Assembly (NCBI GenBank): GCA_951406725.2
Contig: OX597821.1
Location: forward strand, 89,342,001 to 89,406,000
DNA from: Octopus vulgaris
Lineage: Eukaryota
Reading direction: 5' to 3'
Length of the DNA stretch: 64,000 bases
Made by a program: the position numbers and the translations under genes. Positions 38,140 to 51,879 of the stretch are shown one piece after another. Below the pieces are notes generated by a model. That model searched no databases. It worked only from the letters and a program-made list of their open reading frames with translations, and was not told where the DNA came from. Each line of letters starts with the position of its first letter. The stretch's first letter is position 1.

Positions 38140-38505
38140 AGCCTTAAACTATTTCACTTAAACTATTGTCATGAAACTCTCTCATTTCCCCCTCTTTCTC
38201 TCCCCCTTCGCTGCTCTCCTATCTTCTACATGCTTTTCTCCCTCTCTCTCTCTCTTTCTCTCCCTCATCCTCTCTTTCCACTTTCTCTCCCACTTTTGTC
38301 TCTCCAGCCTAAACTTAATGTTAAACTATTCCATTTAAGCCATTGTAATGAAGTTCTCTCTATCTCCCCTTCTCTCTCCTCTTTTCTCTCTCTATCTCCC
38401 CCTCTCTCTTCTCTTTTCTCTCTCTCCCTCTCTCCCCCTCTCTAACCCAAGCATAATAGTAATGTTAAACTCTTCCATTTAAGCTATTGTCATGAAACTC
38501 TTTTA
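38140..38505. repeat. Three copies of a ~40-bp unit embedded in CT-rich tracts
   Basis: TTAAACTATT(T/C)CA(C/T)TTAA..ATTGT.ATGAA..TCT near 38143, 38320 and 38465. Confidence 0.7.
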
Positions 38506-38551
38506 TTTTACCTTCTTTCACACACAATCTCATTTTCTCTCTCTCTCTCTT

Positions 38552-38583
<32 letters not shown>

Positions 38584-38732
38584 ACTCTGTCTATTTGTCT
38601 CTCTGGCTTCTTTCCTTTCAACCAAGTCTCTCATGGTATTAAAAACATCACCATGGCCACAGTCACTACCATTACCAACCTTCATTCCATATCTGACCAA
38701 CTGCAGCACCAACTCCAATAGCAACATCAGTA

Positions 38733-39105
38733 GGATGCGCAACGGCCCAGTGGTTAGGGCAGCGGACTTGTGGTCAGAGGATCGCGATTTCGATTCCCAG
38801 ACTGGGTGTTATGTGTGTTTTTTGAGCAAAAACACCTAAAGCTCCACGAGGCTCCAGCAGGAAATGGTGGCGACCCCTGTTGTACTCTTTCGCCCCAACT
38901 TTCTCTCACTCTTTCTTCCTGTTCCTTGTCCCCAACTTCCTACGCAACCGCCGAGCCTGGATGTGCATTCATCCATCCATTGCTGCTCTCAGTGTTGGGG
39001 GTTGACCTGTTTTCTCTTCTGCGGGTCTTACGAATAGCAAAGGACCATGTTTCGGACTTCTCCCATCTTGCAAGCTCTGGGACGAAGACCGTTCGCTCAA
39101 CAGCA
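38733..39105 (+). mobile_element. SINE family D, body type 3
   Basis: Family D head, unique 3' body, TSD ATAGCAACATCA at 38718-38729 and 39111-39122. Confidence 0.85.
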
Positions 39106-39569
39106 ACAGTATAGCAACATCAACAAATGAGATCATCAAACACAACCACACCAACTACTACAACATAAGACTGACAAGGAAACCAATGAGGAACATTTAT
39201 GCAGTTGTTTAACCAGCAAAAAATAGCAGCCAAAAAACCTCATAAGACCTACTACTACTACTTGTAAGTGAGTAGCAATCAAAAATGTTTCTCTGGTGAA
39301 GGAGCTTGCAGATTGCACTTTAACTTGTAATAGACTGTTACACATACACACATACATATACCAACCATCACAAATTGTCTTTGTACTAAGCTTCATATGT
39401 GGTCTCTAAATTGACCATCATTTGCTCTCTGTATACCAGCCATCATAAGTTATCCATATATCATAGTCCATCATAAGTTGCCCATATATATTCTGTAAGC
39501 TAGCCATCAAATGTGACCTGTATACCGACTATTTCATGTGGCCTGTATATCAACTAATTCTTTTACCTC

Positions 39570-40008
39570 TCTTATTTGCTTCAGCCATTAGACTGTGGCC
39601 ATGCTGGGGTACTTCCTTGAATTCTTTTTAGTCAAATGAATTGATCCCAGTTCTTATTTATTTTCTTTTTAAAGCCTGGTACTTATTATATCAGTCCCTT
39701 TTGCTGAACCACTAAGTTACAGGGTTGTAAATACACCAACACCAGTCATCAAGTGGTGATAGGGGGACAAATACAGACATGAAGACACACATAGTTATAT
39801 ATATATATACACACATACACACATGGACATGCACACACACACACATGCACACATATGCACACATATGAAAGGCTTCTTTCAGTTTCCATCTAACAAATTC
39901 ACTCACAAGCCTATAGCAGAAGGCACTTGCCCTAGGTGCCAGGTGCAGTGAGACTGAACCTGGAACAATGTGGGTAAACTTCTTACCACACAGCCACATT
40001 TGCACCTA
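39570..40008 (-). mobile_element. SINE family A (older copy)
   Basis: Diverged but colinear with family A. Confidence 0.8.
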
Positions 40009-40281
40009 TGATATGTGTTTTATTATCAGCCATATATGTGCTACATGTAGCCTGCATCCCAGCCATCACATGTAGGCTGCATGACAGCCACCATATGCAG
40101 CCTGCAGTATCAGCCATCCAGTTTTACCTGTAATCAGAATAAGTGTTTAAATCCAAATGTCAATGAAGACCGATCCAATGTATGGATGAACTCCAGGAAC
40201 AACCAACCTTTGATCAAAGGCAACTGAGCCATGACTTTCCTATCTATTTTATATATCAGTGAGAGTGCTGTCCAAAGTGTC

Positions 40282-40410
40282 CTTTCATCCTTTCGGAATC
40301 GATTAAATAAGTACCAGTTATGCATTGGGGTCGATATAATCAACTTAATCCGTTTGTCTGTCCTTGTTTGTCCCCTCTGTGTGTAGCCCCTTGTGGGCAG
40401 TAAAGAAATA
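40282..40410 (+). mobile_element. SINE family B, 5'-truncated
   Basis: Core and GGCAGTAAAGAAATA end. Confidence 0.8.
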
Positions 40411-40544
40411 AGAAATTGTGTGGAAATCAGTCAGAGAAACTGACCCTTTTGTAGAAGTAGTAAACTGAGTTTGTTGTCTGATTTAACACTCATGAGTACC
40501 TTTGACATTCATGGGTTAGGTGGTGGTGCTAAACTGAACTTAAA

Positions 40545-40748
40545 TTTTCGCACTGGGCCAGCAATTTTGAGGGAGGGTAGTAAATCGATTATATTAACAC
40601 CAGTACTCAACTGGCATTTATTTTATTGGTCCCAAAAGGATGAAAGTCAAAGTCAACCTTGTCAGAATTTGAACTCAGAATTTAGCGACAAAATTCCACG
40701 AAGTATTTTACCCAGTATGCTAATGATTATGCAAGCATGTCACCTTAA
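40545..40748 (-). mobile_element. SINE family B (diverged)
   Basis: AAAGGATGAAAG...GAATTTGAACTCAGAA. Confidence 0.75.
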
Positions 40749-43339
40749 ACTGGACAGAGATAGAGAAGATGATGGTGCTAAACTTTAGCAAGCATTCAAA
40801 TCAGGTTTCGCATGTGTATATCCTTGCAACCAAACCCTTTATCACTACCTCACAAACAGTAATAAAGGTCATAGATGCTGCCTCTCTGCCTTTGACTAAA
40901 GCATAGAAAAATAGGTCTGCTTGGGTTATTGTTCAGAAAAGCTAACCCTAACAAACAAAAGAAAAGTTACAGTCTGCAATCTAATAGTAGAGATTTGTTA
41001 ATATATCAGCAACATGTTTTTATTATATTTCGAGACACTTTAACATATATCAAGAAGGACTACGCATATTATATAAAACTGTGCAAATGAGATCTTATCT
41101 TTGTCAGTATTGAGAGTAAAATCAGGCACTAGAGATAAAGCATCAATGCTAAGTTTGCTAGTCTTTGAAGGTTAACTTAAAATCTAACCTCACAGTGTGT
41201 ATACTATTATACGTATATAAGTGATTCTATACACTGATATCTGCTTCAAGTAAGTTGTTAGAAATCAACTGAAATTTCTATGGCTTATTTAGCATAAATA
41301 AAATCACAGATATTCTAAAAGGTACCAATATAGATTCATTATTCATTATTTGTATTGATTATTTTTAAGCTTTTTTTTTCCTGCTTCATATGCGTTTTAC
41401 ATATTTATTTTTCTTTATTTTCTCTTTTTCTTATATTAATGTTTTTTTTTTTTTTCATATATAGGTTTTGAAATAAATATTTACTATTATCAATTTCACC
41501 TTATCTTGCAGTCACCACTTGCTCTTGTAATAGATTATCGGTTGCTTCAAACTAGTGTCTATCGGTATAACGTTACTTACTTAGTAATTATAGTTAAGCT
41601 CTCCCATAAAATTAACAACACGGCACTGAAGTTGAATGGCTTTGCTTTCCTCTCTCTCTCTCTCTCTTACTTTCTTACTTTTTCCTTCTCTCACCTTTTT
41701 CATTTGTATATTTATTTTATTTCCATGTTGTATATCGGTAGATGCTTAATTCTCATATTAACGTATTGTATTCTCATCTGGATCATTCCATCACATTCTC
41801 AATGCATATGATTTCTCTCTTTCAGAAGTTCACTAATAAAACTTTATCACCAATCTAAACTCAGTTAATAAGTGGGGTGAGAGCATGTTTTCATCTCCGT
41901 ACTCAAAGACAAACATTTGCAACAGTTGACTTTGAAATAATAGTAACCCTTTCATTATAAAAGATCCCATTAATTCTAGTTGATACGTGGCTGCTTTGGG
42001 AAAATGTATTATATTAGATAAGCAAGGTCTATTGTAGTTGGAGTGAGCTGTAATTAAAACCAGTGTAAATTGAAGAGAGTCTCCCAATTATATTTCCTAC
42101 ATATTGGATCACAGCTAATCTGTTTCCCAGTGTGAATGCCCTTCTGTGAAAATTCCATTTTACCTTAAGATCAAAAGTATGTTTCTCATATCTCCATACC
42201 ATTTTATATCTGGGTAAAACAAGAGATTCTCATTTACTTGAAGGAGGTCAGTTTATTAAACTGCGAGAGGAGGCAGAGAATTTTTGTGATCAGCCAATTA
42301 ACTGAAAACTCATGACCTATTTATATGGTCCAATAGAAATTATAGATAAGATTCATAACATAACTGATCTGAAGGGTCAATGATAGATAGATGTGACTTC
42401 AGCTTTCCTTCTATATTTACTCCATTTTTCTTTCTTTCTTCTGCACTGTTCATTACCTTACACCTTTCATTCATTACCTTACACCTTTCATTACCTTACA
42501 CCTTTCATTACCTTACACCTTTCCACTTGTCATCCAAGCTTCTTTTTACTCTCCTCTTCGTCTGTTTGTCCTTGCACCTGCAGCTTTCTACTGTCTTAGT
42601 AGATATTTATTATAAGTAAGATGGTAAATTAGAGGTAACATATTTAACAACAATATTAATGGTGAAGCAGGTGTTGGCATTCTTAATGTAGTAATTCAAG
42701 AAATTTTCATAAAATAATATTTGACCCTGGCTTATAAATAATCTGGCATCTTGAGCAAGTGTCTTCTACACTAGCCTCGAGCCAACCAAAGCCGTGCGAC
42801 TGGATTTGGTAGATGGAAACTGAAAGAAGTCCATCAAATATCATCATCATCAGCATCATCATCATTGACCATGCTGGTATGGGTTTGACGATTAGACTAG
42901 GGTTGATAAGCTGAGGGGCTGCATCAGACACCAGTCTAATTTGCCATGGTTTCTATGGCCAGATACCCTTCCTAACACCAACTACTCTAAGAGTATAATG
43001 GGTGCTTTCACATGCCACCAGTATGGGTGCCAGTTGTGTGACACCAGTATCTGTCACAACTACGATTTCACTTGGCTTGAAGCATGGCATATTGTCAAAG
43101 GACTTGGTCATTTGTCATTGCTTCCATGAGGCCCACTGATTGAAAGTTGTTTGTAAAAAGTATACACACACACAAACACACACACACGCACACACTATAT
43201 ATATACACATATCAATCATCATCATCATCATCACTTAATGTCTGCTTTCCATGCTGGCATGGGTTGGACGGTTTGAGTGAGGACTGGCAAGCCATATGGC
43301 TGCACCAAGCTCCAGTCTGGTGCAGCCATCTACGTATAT

Positions 43340-43535
43340 ATATATACCAGAGTAAACACATAAATGTGAAACAAGGCGGAAAAAATAGTACTCGAATACC
43401 AGAGGTAGAGTAATATGCTTTATTAAAAGGCATCGAAATTATCACAAAAACTGTTACTCAGAGTTTCACATTCCTGTTCATCAGACAGTTTTGTTTAGAA
43501 TGGAACAAAAATAAGGTTATATGCATAAACATTAC
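43340..43535 (-). mobile_element. Penelope-like terminal repeat, inverted relative to the adjacent ORF
   Basis: Contains a hammerhead followed on the minus strand by AATAAA; its 3' part recurs at 9568-9645; abuts (TA)n. Confidence 0.7.
43447..43492 (-). ncRNA. Type I hammerhead ribozyme, canonical core
   Basis: AAAACUGU-CUGAUGA-ACA-GGAA-UGU-GAAAC-UCUGA-GUA-ACAGUUUU; 8-bp helix I; predicted cleavage after GUA (43455/43454). Confidence 0.85.
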
Positions 43536-44355
43536 TAAGGCAAATATCATCAATTTCTTCAGATGAGACAGCATTTCAAAATGCTGTGCCATATTACAAT
43601 AATGCATTAAGAAAAAGTGGATTCTCAGAGAAGATCCAGTATAATCAAGTTAATTCTAACAATAATAGACCACGTAAAACTAGAACTAGGAAAGATTTGT
43701 AGTTTAAACCCGCATTTAATATTGCCGTAAATACTAATATAGGTAGGGAATTCTTAAAATTAGTTTCTAGACATTTTCAATCTAGCCATAAGTTCTATAA
43801 AATATTTAATGGGAGAACACTGAAAGTTAGCTATTCTTGTTGCAAAAACTTCGCGTCTTTTATTTACCAGCATAACATGAAAATTATTGCAAACAACTAC
43901 AGTACCAAATGTAATCTGAGGAACTGCAACTTCAAAGATAAGACTTGCTGTCCATTGGAGGATAAATGTCTTGAAAAAGGAAATGTTTATAGAGCCAAAG
44001 TGCAAGTGGATGGCTCACAAGAATATAAAACATACACAATGGCTTCAGAAAATTCATTAAAGACTCAGGTCTATTCCCACCGAAATTCTTTCCGATACCC
44101 CAAGAATAGGACAGCAACTAGTCTTGCAAAGCATGTCTGGGAATTGAAAAAGAATGACTCCCATCCTTGCAATGTAACCTGGGAAATTCTAGAAAAAGCA
44201 TCATCATACAGACATTGAGCTTATAAAAGACCTATAAAATGTAATCTTTGCCTCTGAGAAAAATTCTTCATCTTGTTCCAGGATAAACATGCTTTGATCC
44301 AGAGACACGAGCTCTAAAATTCCTACAGGCATGCTGCAAGGTTTAAAATGTCAAC
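43535..44355 (+). pseudogene. Penelope-like retroelement ORF C-terminus (RT thumb/linker plus GIY-YIG endonuclease) with in-frame stops
   Basis: ISSISSDETAFQNAVPYYNNALRKSG...*FKPAFNIAVNTNIGREFLKLVSRHF...KIFNGRTLKVSYSC...CPLEDKCL..VYRAKV...HRNSF...TSLAKHVWELK...WEIL...CNLCL*EK. Confidence 0.9.
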
Positions 44356-44752
44356 CGATAAAATACCATATGGGTAGAATGTTTTGACTTTCAGAAAATT
44401 TTGACTGTCGCCTTTGAATTTGACTTTACATGTAGTGATTTTGCATTAATTGCTACCGCATATTTCAACTTCACTTTCAAAAAAGCCTTCGACTGTTTTG
44501 CAAGTATAAGCTTAAGCTTCACCAATGTTTATTTTTTATTCTTATTGTTTACTCACGCATTTAATTATGTTATATCGAATTAATATGCAATATCTTCATT
44601 TTAACATTTTGATATTATATACAACAGACAGTCTTTTTATAAAATTGTTTGCACATGTACATTATGATGTATATATTTATCTTGGTGTGAGGATATGTCT
44701 TTATATATTTTGTGTATGTATGTAGATGTATGTTTGTGTGTATGCGCATATA

Positions 44753-45347
44753 CATCATCATCATCATCATCATCATTTAACGTCCGCTTTCCATGCTAGC
44801 ATGTGTTGGACAGTTCAACTGGGGTCTGGGAAGCCCGAAGGCTGCACCAGACCAGTCAGATCTGGCAGTGTTTCTACAGCTGGATGCCCTTCCTAATGCC
44901 AACCACTCCGTGAGTGTAGCGGGTGCTTTTTATGTGCCATGGACACAGGTACCTGATGAGGCTGGCAAACGGCCACGCTCGGATGGTGCTTTTTACATGC
45001 CACCGGCACGGAGGCCAAGCGAGGCTGGCCCGGCTGGCCTGGCCACGATTGGATGGTGTTTGTTACGTGCCACCAGCACGGAGGCCAGTCGATTCGATGC
45101 TGGCTACGGCCACGCTCTGATGGCTCTCTTATGTGCCACCGGCACTGGTACCACAAACTACAAATTCCATTGATGTTGATCGATTTCGATTTTGATTTGA
45201 TTTTTTGATTCTTTGATTTTCACTTGCCTCAACAGGTCTTCACAAGTAGAGTTATGTGTCCCAAGAAGGAAGGTATGCACAGGTGGACTGACTATGACCC
45301 AGGTAGGGGCCACGGGTTATGGCATCACTTGTCCTGCCGGGTTTTCT
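44753..45347 (-). mobile_element. Family C retroposon, longest single copy
   Basis: Tail, core, tandem units, GATTT tract and the distal module also seen in the 32.4-35.0 kb array. Confidence 0.85.
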
Positions 45348-45901
45348 ACATATATATATATACATATATATATGTGCATGTATATGTGCATATACTTTTT
45401 TATATGTGGGCATGTATTTGCATACATATTTTTTGCATATTTGTATGCGTATCTATATGTGTGTGTATTTGTATGTATATTTGCATTTATGTAAATATAC
45501 ATGTGATATTATGCATGTGTTATTATATGTGTCCATTTCACAAGCTAAATGAAGTATCTAAACTCCTTTAGATACTTTTCCAACACCATCAGTTCACACT
45601 CTTTACTACCCTTACGTATTTCTTCCCTTTCTCTTTCTCATTTTCTGTTTCTCTTTCTTTTATTTCTTTTTCTTCTTTTCCACTGTTTCCTTTCTCCCCT
45701 CCTCCCCACTTATCATTATCTGATTTTTTCCCTCTCTTTCTTTCGCCTGTAACAACGAACTTGTATAAACACACACCAGGAGATTTTGTGCACTTGTGTA
45801 CATGTGCATGCATACATATATATACATCCCTCTGTATATATTTGTCTTGCCTATATATGTCTGTATATGTATGTAACTGTGTACCTGTGTCTGTATGTTT
45901 A

Positions 45902-45943
<42 letters not shown>

Positions 45944-45949
45944 TAGTAC

Positions 45950-46239
45950 ATACTAGTACATACTAATACTTACACCAACCCTATACATACACACGTCCAG
46001 ACCCCGCATACGCACTTATACTCTCTCACACACACACACACACACCTATACATACCAATACGTACTAATACATACTAAAACATACTAATACATACACCAA
46101 CCCCATACATACGCACGTCCAGACCAATCATACGCACTAATACTCTCTCATACACACACACACACACACACACACACCCTTATACATACTAATACATACA
46201 CCAACCCTATACATACACACATCCAGACCCCTCCCACGC

Positions 46240-46240
<1 letters not shown>
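45950..46240. repeat. About three ~110-120-bp CA-rich tandem units
   Basis: CATACTAATAC.TACACCAACCC.ATACATAC.CAC.TCCAGACC near 45960, 46081 and 46185. Confidence 0.8.
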
Positions 46241-47043
<803 letters not shown>

Positions 47044-47137
47044 ATTGTTTGGTATGTGTATATACTGCTAAATATATATGTAATCTAATTATGTAATGAA
47101 GTGGATTGAATCTGATATTAACGATTTGAATGTCAAT

Positions 47138-47176
47138 TCCAGACATGTTTCAGGTTTATTAGATCTCCTCAGTGAA
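47138..47176 (-). ncRNA. Decayed hammerhead-like motif
   Basis: UUCA-CUGAGGA-(poorly paired 14 nt)-GAAAC-AU-GUC-UGGA; flanking sequence resembles 7911-7975. Confidence 0.45.
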
Positions 47177-47692
47177 GCATGTGTATTATTTACTGCAGAT
47201 TTTAAATGACTAAAGAGAAGTTTATAAGAATATAGGGTTGTTATGAAAGTGCAGTGAGTAGTTTTATAATTTAGAACAGTGGCTTGCGAAAAATGAAAGT
47301 GGACATCTCCTGCACAAAAGTTCAATAGTAAAGTGGGCAGTAACATATTTGACATAGTGATCCAAGGCATTTTTAACTAATTAAAAATACATTCTTTAGT
47401 GATAAGAAAAATCATTATTTAAATGGTTGATTCCGGTAATCATTATTTAAATGGTTAATTCTGGTAAAAATATTTAATGCATTGACAAGCAGAAACTAAC
47501 TAGAAATAAATGTGATGAGGAAAAAACAGCAAAAATAAATGTTCATTATTTTCTGTTTGTCAATAAGTATGGAAATTAACTTGAGGCATATATCACACTT
47601 GTTCTGACTGCAACAGCAAAGTTCCTCTGTACTGTGAAAATAGTCATAATAGAAACATTGAAACTGGATTTCGTGTGCAGAAAATTAGTATT

Positions 47693-47864
47693 AGGCGCAG
47701 GAGTGGCTGTGCGGTAAGTAGCTTGCTTACCAACCACATGCTTCCAGGTTCAGTCCCACTGCGTGGCATCTTGGGCAAGTGTCTTCTGCTATAGCCCCGG
47801 GCCAACCAATGCCTTGTGAGTGGATTTGGTAAACAGAAACTGAAAGAAGCCTGTCATATATATG

Positions 47865-47895
<31 letters not shown>

Positions 47896-48100
47896 GTTTG
47901 TGTGTCTGTGTTTTTCCCCCTAGCATTGCTTGACAACCGATGCTGGTGTGTTTATGTCCCCGTCACTTAGCAGTTCGGCAAGAGAGACTGATAGAATAAG
48001 TACTGGGCTTACAAAAAATAAGTCCCGGGGTCGATTTGCTCGACTAAAGGCAGTGCTCCAGCATGGCCACAGTCAAATGACTGAAACAAGTAAGAGTAAG
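47693..48100 (+). mobile_element. SINE family A, full length
   Basis: Begins GGCGCAGGAGTGGCTGTGCGG; complete tail. Confidence 0.9.
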
Positions 48101-48227
48101 ATTAATTGTTTAGAAATCAGTCACTTGCTAACACTGTTTCTATTTTTTTTCAGACAAAATTCTTTCTAGTTAGCTTTTTATTCCCTTTCCATTAAAGAAA
48201 TTGAAGCTAAATTAATCATCAAAAGCA

Positions 48228-49022
48228 AGGCTGTGTAGTAAGAAACTTGCTTCCTAAGGCAGTGAGCTGACAGAAACGTTAGCACACCAGGCGAAATGCG
48301 TAGCCGTATTTCGTCTGCCGTTACGTTCTGAGTTCAAATTCCGCCGAGGTCGGCTTTGCTTTTCATCCTTTCAGGGTCGATAAATTAAGTACCAGTTACA
48401 CACTGGGGTCAATGTAATCGACTTAATCCGTTTGTCTATCCCTGCTTGTCCCCTCTGTGTTTAGCCCCTTGTGGGTAGTAAAGAAATAGGTATTTCGTCT
48501 GCTGCTATGTTCTGAGTTCAAATTCTGCCGAGGTTGGCTTTGGCTTTCATCCTAAATAAGACTGGGGTCTATGTAATCGACTTAATCCCTTTGTCTGTCC
48601 TTGTTTGTCCCCTCTGTGTGTAGCCCCTTGTGGGCAGTAAAGAAATAAGAAACTTGCTTCCTAACCACATGGTTCAGTTCCACTGCATAGCATCTTGGAC
48701 AAGTATCTTTTATTCTAGCCTTGGGTCAACCAAAGCCTTGTGAGTAGATTTGGTAGATGGAAACTGTCAGAAGCGCATTGTATATATACATATGTGTGTG
48801 TGTGTGTATTTATGTGTGTGTGTGTGTTCATCTCTGTGTCCTTCATCACTGCTTGACAACCAGTGTTGTTGTGTTTACATCCCTGTAACTTAGCTGTTCA
48901 GCAAAAGCTACCAATAAAATAAGAACTAGGCTTAAGAAAGAAGTTCTACAGTCGATTTGTTTGACTAAATCCCTCCAAGCATGACCACAGTCAAATGACC
49001 AAAACAAGTAAAAGAATAAAAG
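48228..49022 (+). mobile_element. Older family A SINE interrupted in its head by a family B dimer
   Basis: Head resumes at AACCACATGGTTC after the insert. Confidence 0.8.
48258..48645 (+). mobile_element. SINE family B dimer (head plus two bodies)
   Basis: 19-bp TSD TAAGAAACTTGCTTCCTAA at 48239-48257 and 48646-48664; junction GAAATAGGTATTTCGTCTG. Confidence 0.9.
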
Positions 49023-49294
49023 AACATAATTTTCCATATAGTTAGTACCTCTGAATTATTTCATCTCTAATGACCTATAATTTTACATTCTCCAACAAAT
49101 GTGCAAACAAGTACATTTACTGAAAGTATCCATTATCCTAATCAAGGCAGATACTTGAAGACTGCACTTTGCTGATGAGATCAGAATAATACTGAAACAT
49201 ACCAGAACTTGTTTTGTATATTTTGTAAAAGAAATTGAAATAACATTCATCAATGAATGATATTTTCTTTTTTATAATTTTTTCATTGAATACA

Positions 49295-49512
49295 AGGCAG
49301 TGAGCTGGCAGAATCATTAGCACACCAGATGAAATGCTTAGGGATATATTGTCCATCTTCATATTCTGAGTTTAGGTTTCACAAATGTCAACTTTGCCTT
49401 TCGTTGTTTCAGGGTTGAAGAGATAAGTAACAGTTATGCACTGGGGTTGATGTAATCAATTTACCCTCTCTCACCAAATTTCAGGCCTTTCTGCCTATAC
49501 TAGAAAGGGTTA
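49295..49512 (+). mobile_element. SINE family B (alternative tail)
   Basis: GGCAGTGAGCTGGCAGAATCATTAGC head; ends TAGAAAGGGTTATT. Confidence 0.75.
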
Positions 49513-49954
49513 TTTTACACAGAATACACATTTCTAGCTTGTTCTATAATTTTTCACTACATCGAATATGTTACCATCCACATAACTATAGTTTAGCTTA
49601 AGAATTATTTAATTTTTAAGCACGTCTAGTTTCCGTCAGTTATGAACCTTCACTTAACAATTCATTTAGCACATCTTCAACAAATACAGTGAATGTTATA
49701 CATTATTAATAAGATAGAAATTAGCCAAAATCTTATCCAAAAAACAATCTCCTATAGTGAAAATATTGAATAATATTCATCATTGGCTCATATTAGTTTT
49801 GATTTTTTAATTCTTTTGTCTCCCTGAGTTTATATATTTGTCGCAAAAATTAATATTCTCCCAGTGTTATGTATTTTAACACTTGTTTACTTATTGCTTT
49901 TCATAAGCAATAAGTTAGCTTACAAATATATATCTCTCTCTTTTCTCTTTTAAT

Positions 49955-50347
49955 TGTTTCAGTCATTTGACTGCAGCCATGCTGGAGCACCGCCTTTAGT
50001 CGAGCAAATCGACTCCAGGACTTATTCTTTGTAAGCCCAGTACTTATTCTATTGGTCTCTTTTTTGCCGAACCGCTAAGTGACGGGGACATAAACACAGC
50101 AGCATCGGTTATCAATCAATGCTAGGGGGACAAACACAGACACACAAACACACACGCACATACATATATACATACATATATACGACGGGCTTCTTTCAGT
50201 TTCTGTCTACCAAATCCACTCACAAGGCATTGGTCGGCCTGAGGCTATAGCAGAAGACACTTGCCCAAGATGCCATGCAGTGGGACTGAACCCAGAACCA
50301 TGTGGTTGGTAAGCAAGCTACTTACCACACAGCCACTCCTGCACCTA
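49955..50347 (-). mobile_element. SINE family A, full length
   Basis: Reverse complement of family A. Confidence 0.9.
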
Positions 50348-50879
50348 TATATATATGTATATAAATATGTGACTGATGGTAGAATTATTTAATTATTTTT
50401 ATGCACAAACAAATGTATCAACATGTACGTTTCTATGGTAGTTATTCACCACTACCTCAGCAGGTATGGTGAGGACTCCATCAGCTGGCTTCATTTGTAT
50501 ATATAAAACAGAAATATGTGAGACTTTGTAAAAAGTAGCAGATTGTTCGTGCATACTTTCCATGCTTCTACAGATATATTATCCAAGCCTGTCGTCTTTT
50601 TATTTTGTGTCAATTATATTTCTCAATTCCTGCATTGTAAAATCACCAACATCATTAGGTAAGGTATTGACAAATACCTTGTCAATATTTCCTTCATCTA
50701 TCTGGCGAGGTCATCAGAGTAACTTAGCAAAATGTTCCTTCTATAACTTTACTCTTTCCTCAGGGCTTTCAGCTTTTATCTTACCAGGAAAATTGGTCTA
50801 CACAAAAATGCTACAAAAATGCATATCACTAAGCCAAGAAAATGAGCATCTTGTCACACAGGATGACAGACTACTAAGT

Positions 50880-51450
50880 TGATTTGATGATTATCTATAT
50901 TTGGCCAGCTGGATAAGTTCATCAATAAAGGACATTGACGTTAGAATTACCAAAGCCCTAACTGCAATGAACAAAATGGAAATGATATGGAAGTCAGATC
51001 TACTGGGAAAAATCAAAATATTCCTTAGAACAGCTATTGAGTCAGCTTTGTGGTGTGGATCAGGTACATGGACTCTGACACAAGCACTTGAGAAGAAACA
51101 GATAATGCATACATTCAAAAGCTTGGGGTTATACAAAACATAGTCTGACATCAATGTATTACAAATGATAGTTTATACTGAAACTTGTCCAAGATAACAA
51201 CCACACTTGCTCAAAGATGGATACAATATAAAGGACATTGCCGGGGAAGTAAGCAGGAAGTTATACACAAGCTGATATTGTGGGACCCAACTCATGGGAG
51301 ATGCAGTAGAGGAAGACCTACTTGAGCATTCGTTGATCAAATTTCAGACAATACAAACCTCAGTAAGGAACAGTTACCATGAGCAATGGAAAATTGTGAA
51401 TTGTGGAGAGACTTTATCAGGAATGTTTGATTGTCATTGCAAGGATGATA
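50880..51450 (+). mobile_element. Decayed RTE-like LINE 3' region
   Basis: YLASWISSSIKDIDVRITKALTAMNKMEMIWKS...TAIESALWCGSGTWTLT; related to 28775-29170. Confidence 0.75.
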
Positions 51451-51879
51451 ATAAAGAGTGGAATGAGGTTAAATGGCAGTAAATACAGATGATTTTGGAG
51501 AAATGAAAATGAAATATTCCTGTATATATGTAATGTTAGATACTGATAAAAGCTTAGAGACAGATACGACCTGATGTTTTCAGGTCATAAAAGGTGTATT
51601 AGGTAGCTTGTTGCAGCTTGTATTATGGCAGAACTTAAATTAATGTTATTCCCATAGAATATTTACAGCACAGTAGCAAAATCATGAAAGCAAAAAGAAA
51701 CTATTATAAAGGTAATCAATTATGTCTTCCATGATTTGGTGAATTAGAAGCCCTTTTATTGCGAATGAAATTGGGTAAATGGAATATATGAGGAAGGCTA
51801 GCAGATGGAGTGTTTTTCTTTCTGTTGTTGAGTCTGGAAGAAGAGGCAGTGCTTATGAATTTTGCAGGATCTTTGTGAT

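Noticed and set aside
41500-42100. Non-repetitive stretch with short ORFs and splice-like motifs
   Set aside because: No recognisable protein similarity or consistent exon frame
43877-44218. 113-aa ORF as a functional nuclease gene
   Set aside because: Part of a longer PLE frame with stops on both sides and a degenerate YIG motif; treated as a pseudogene
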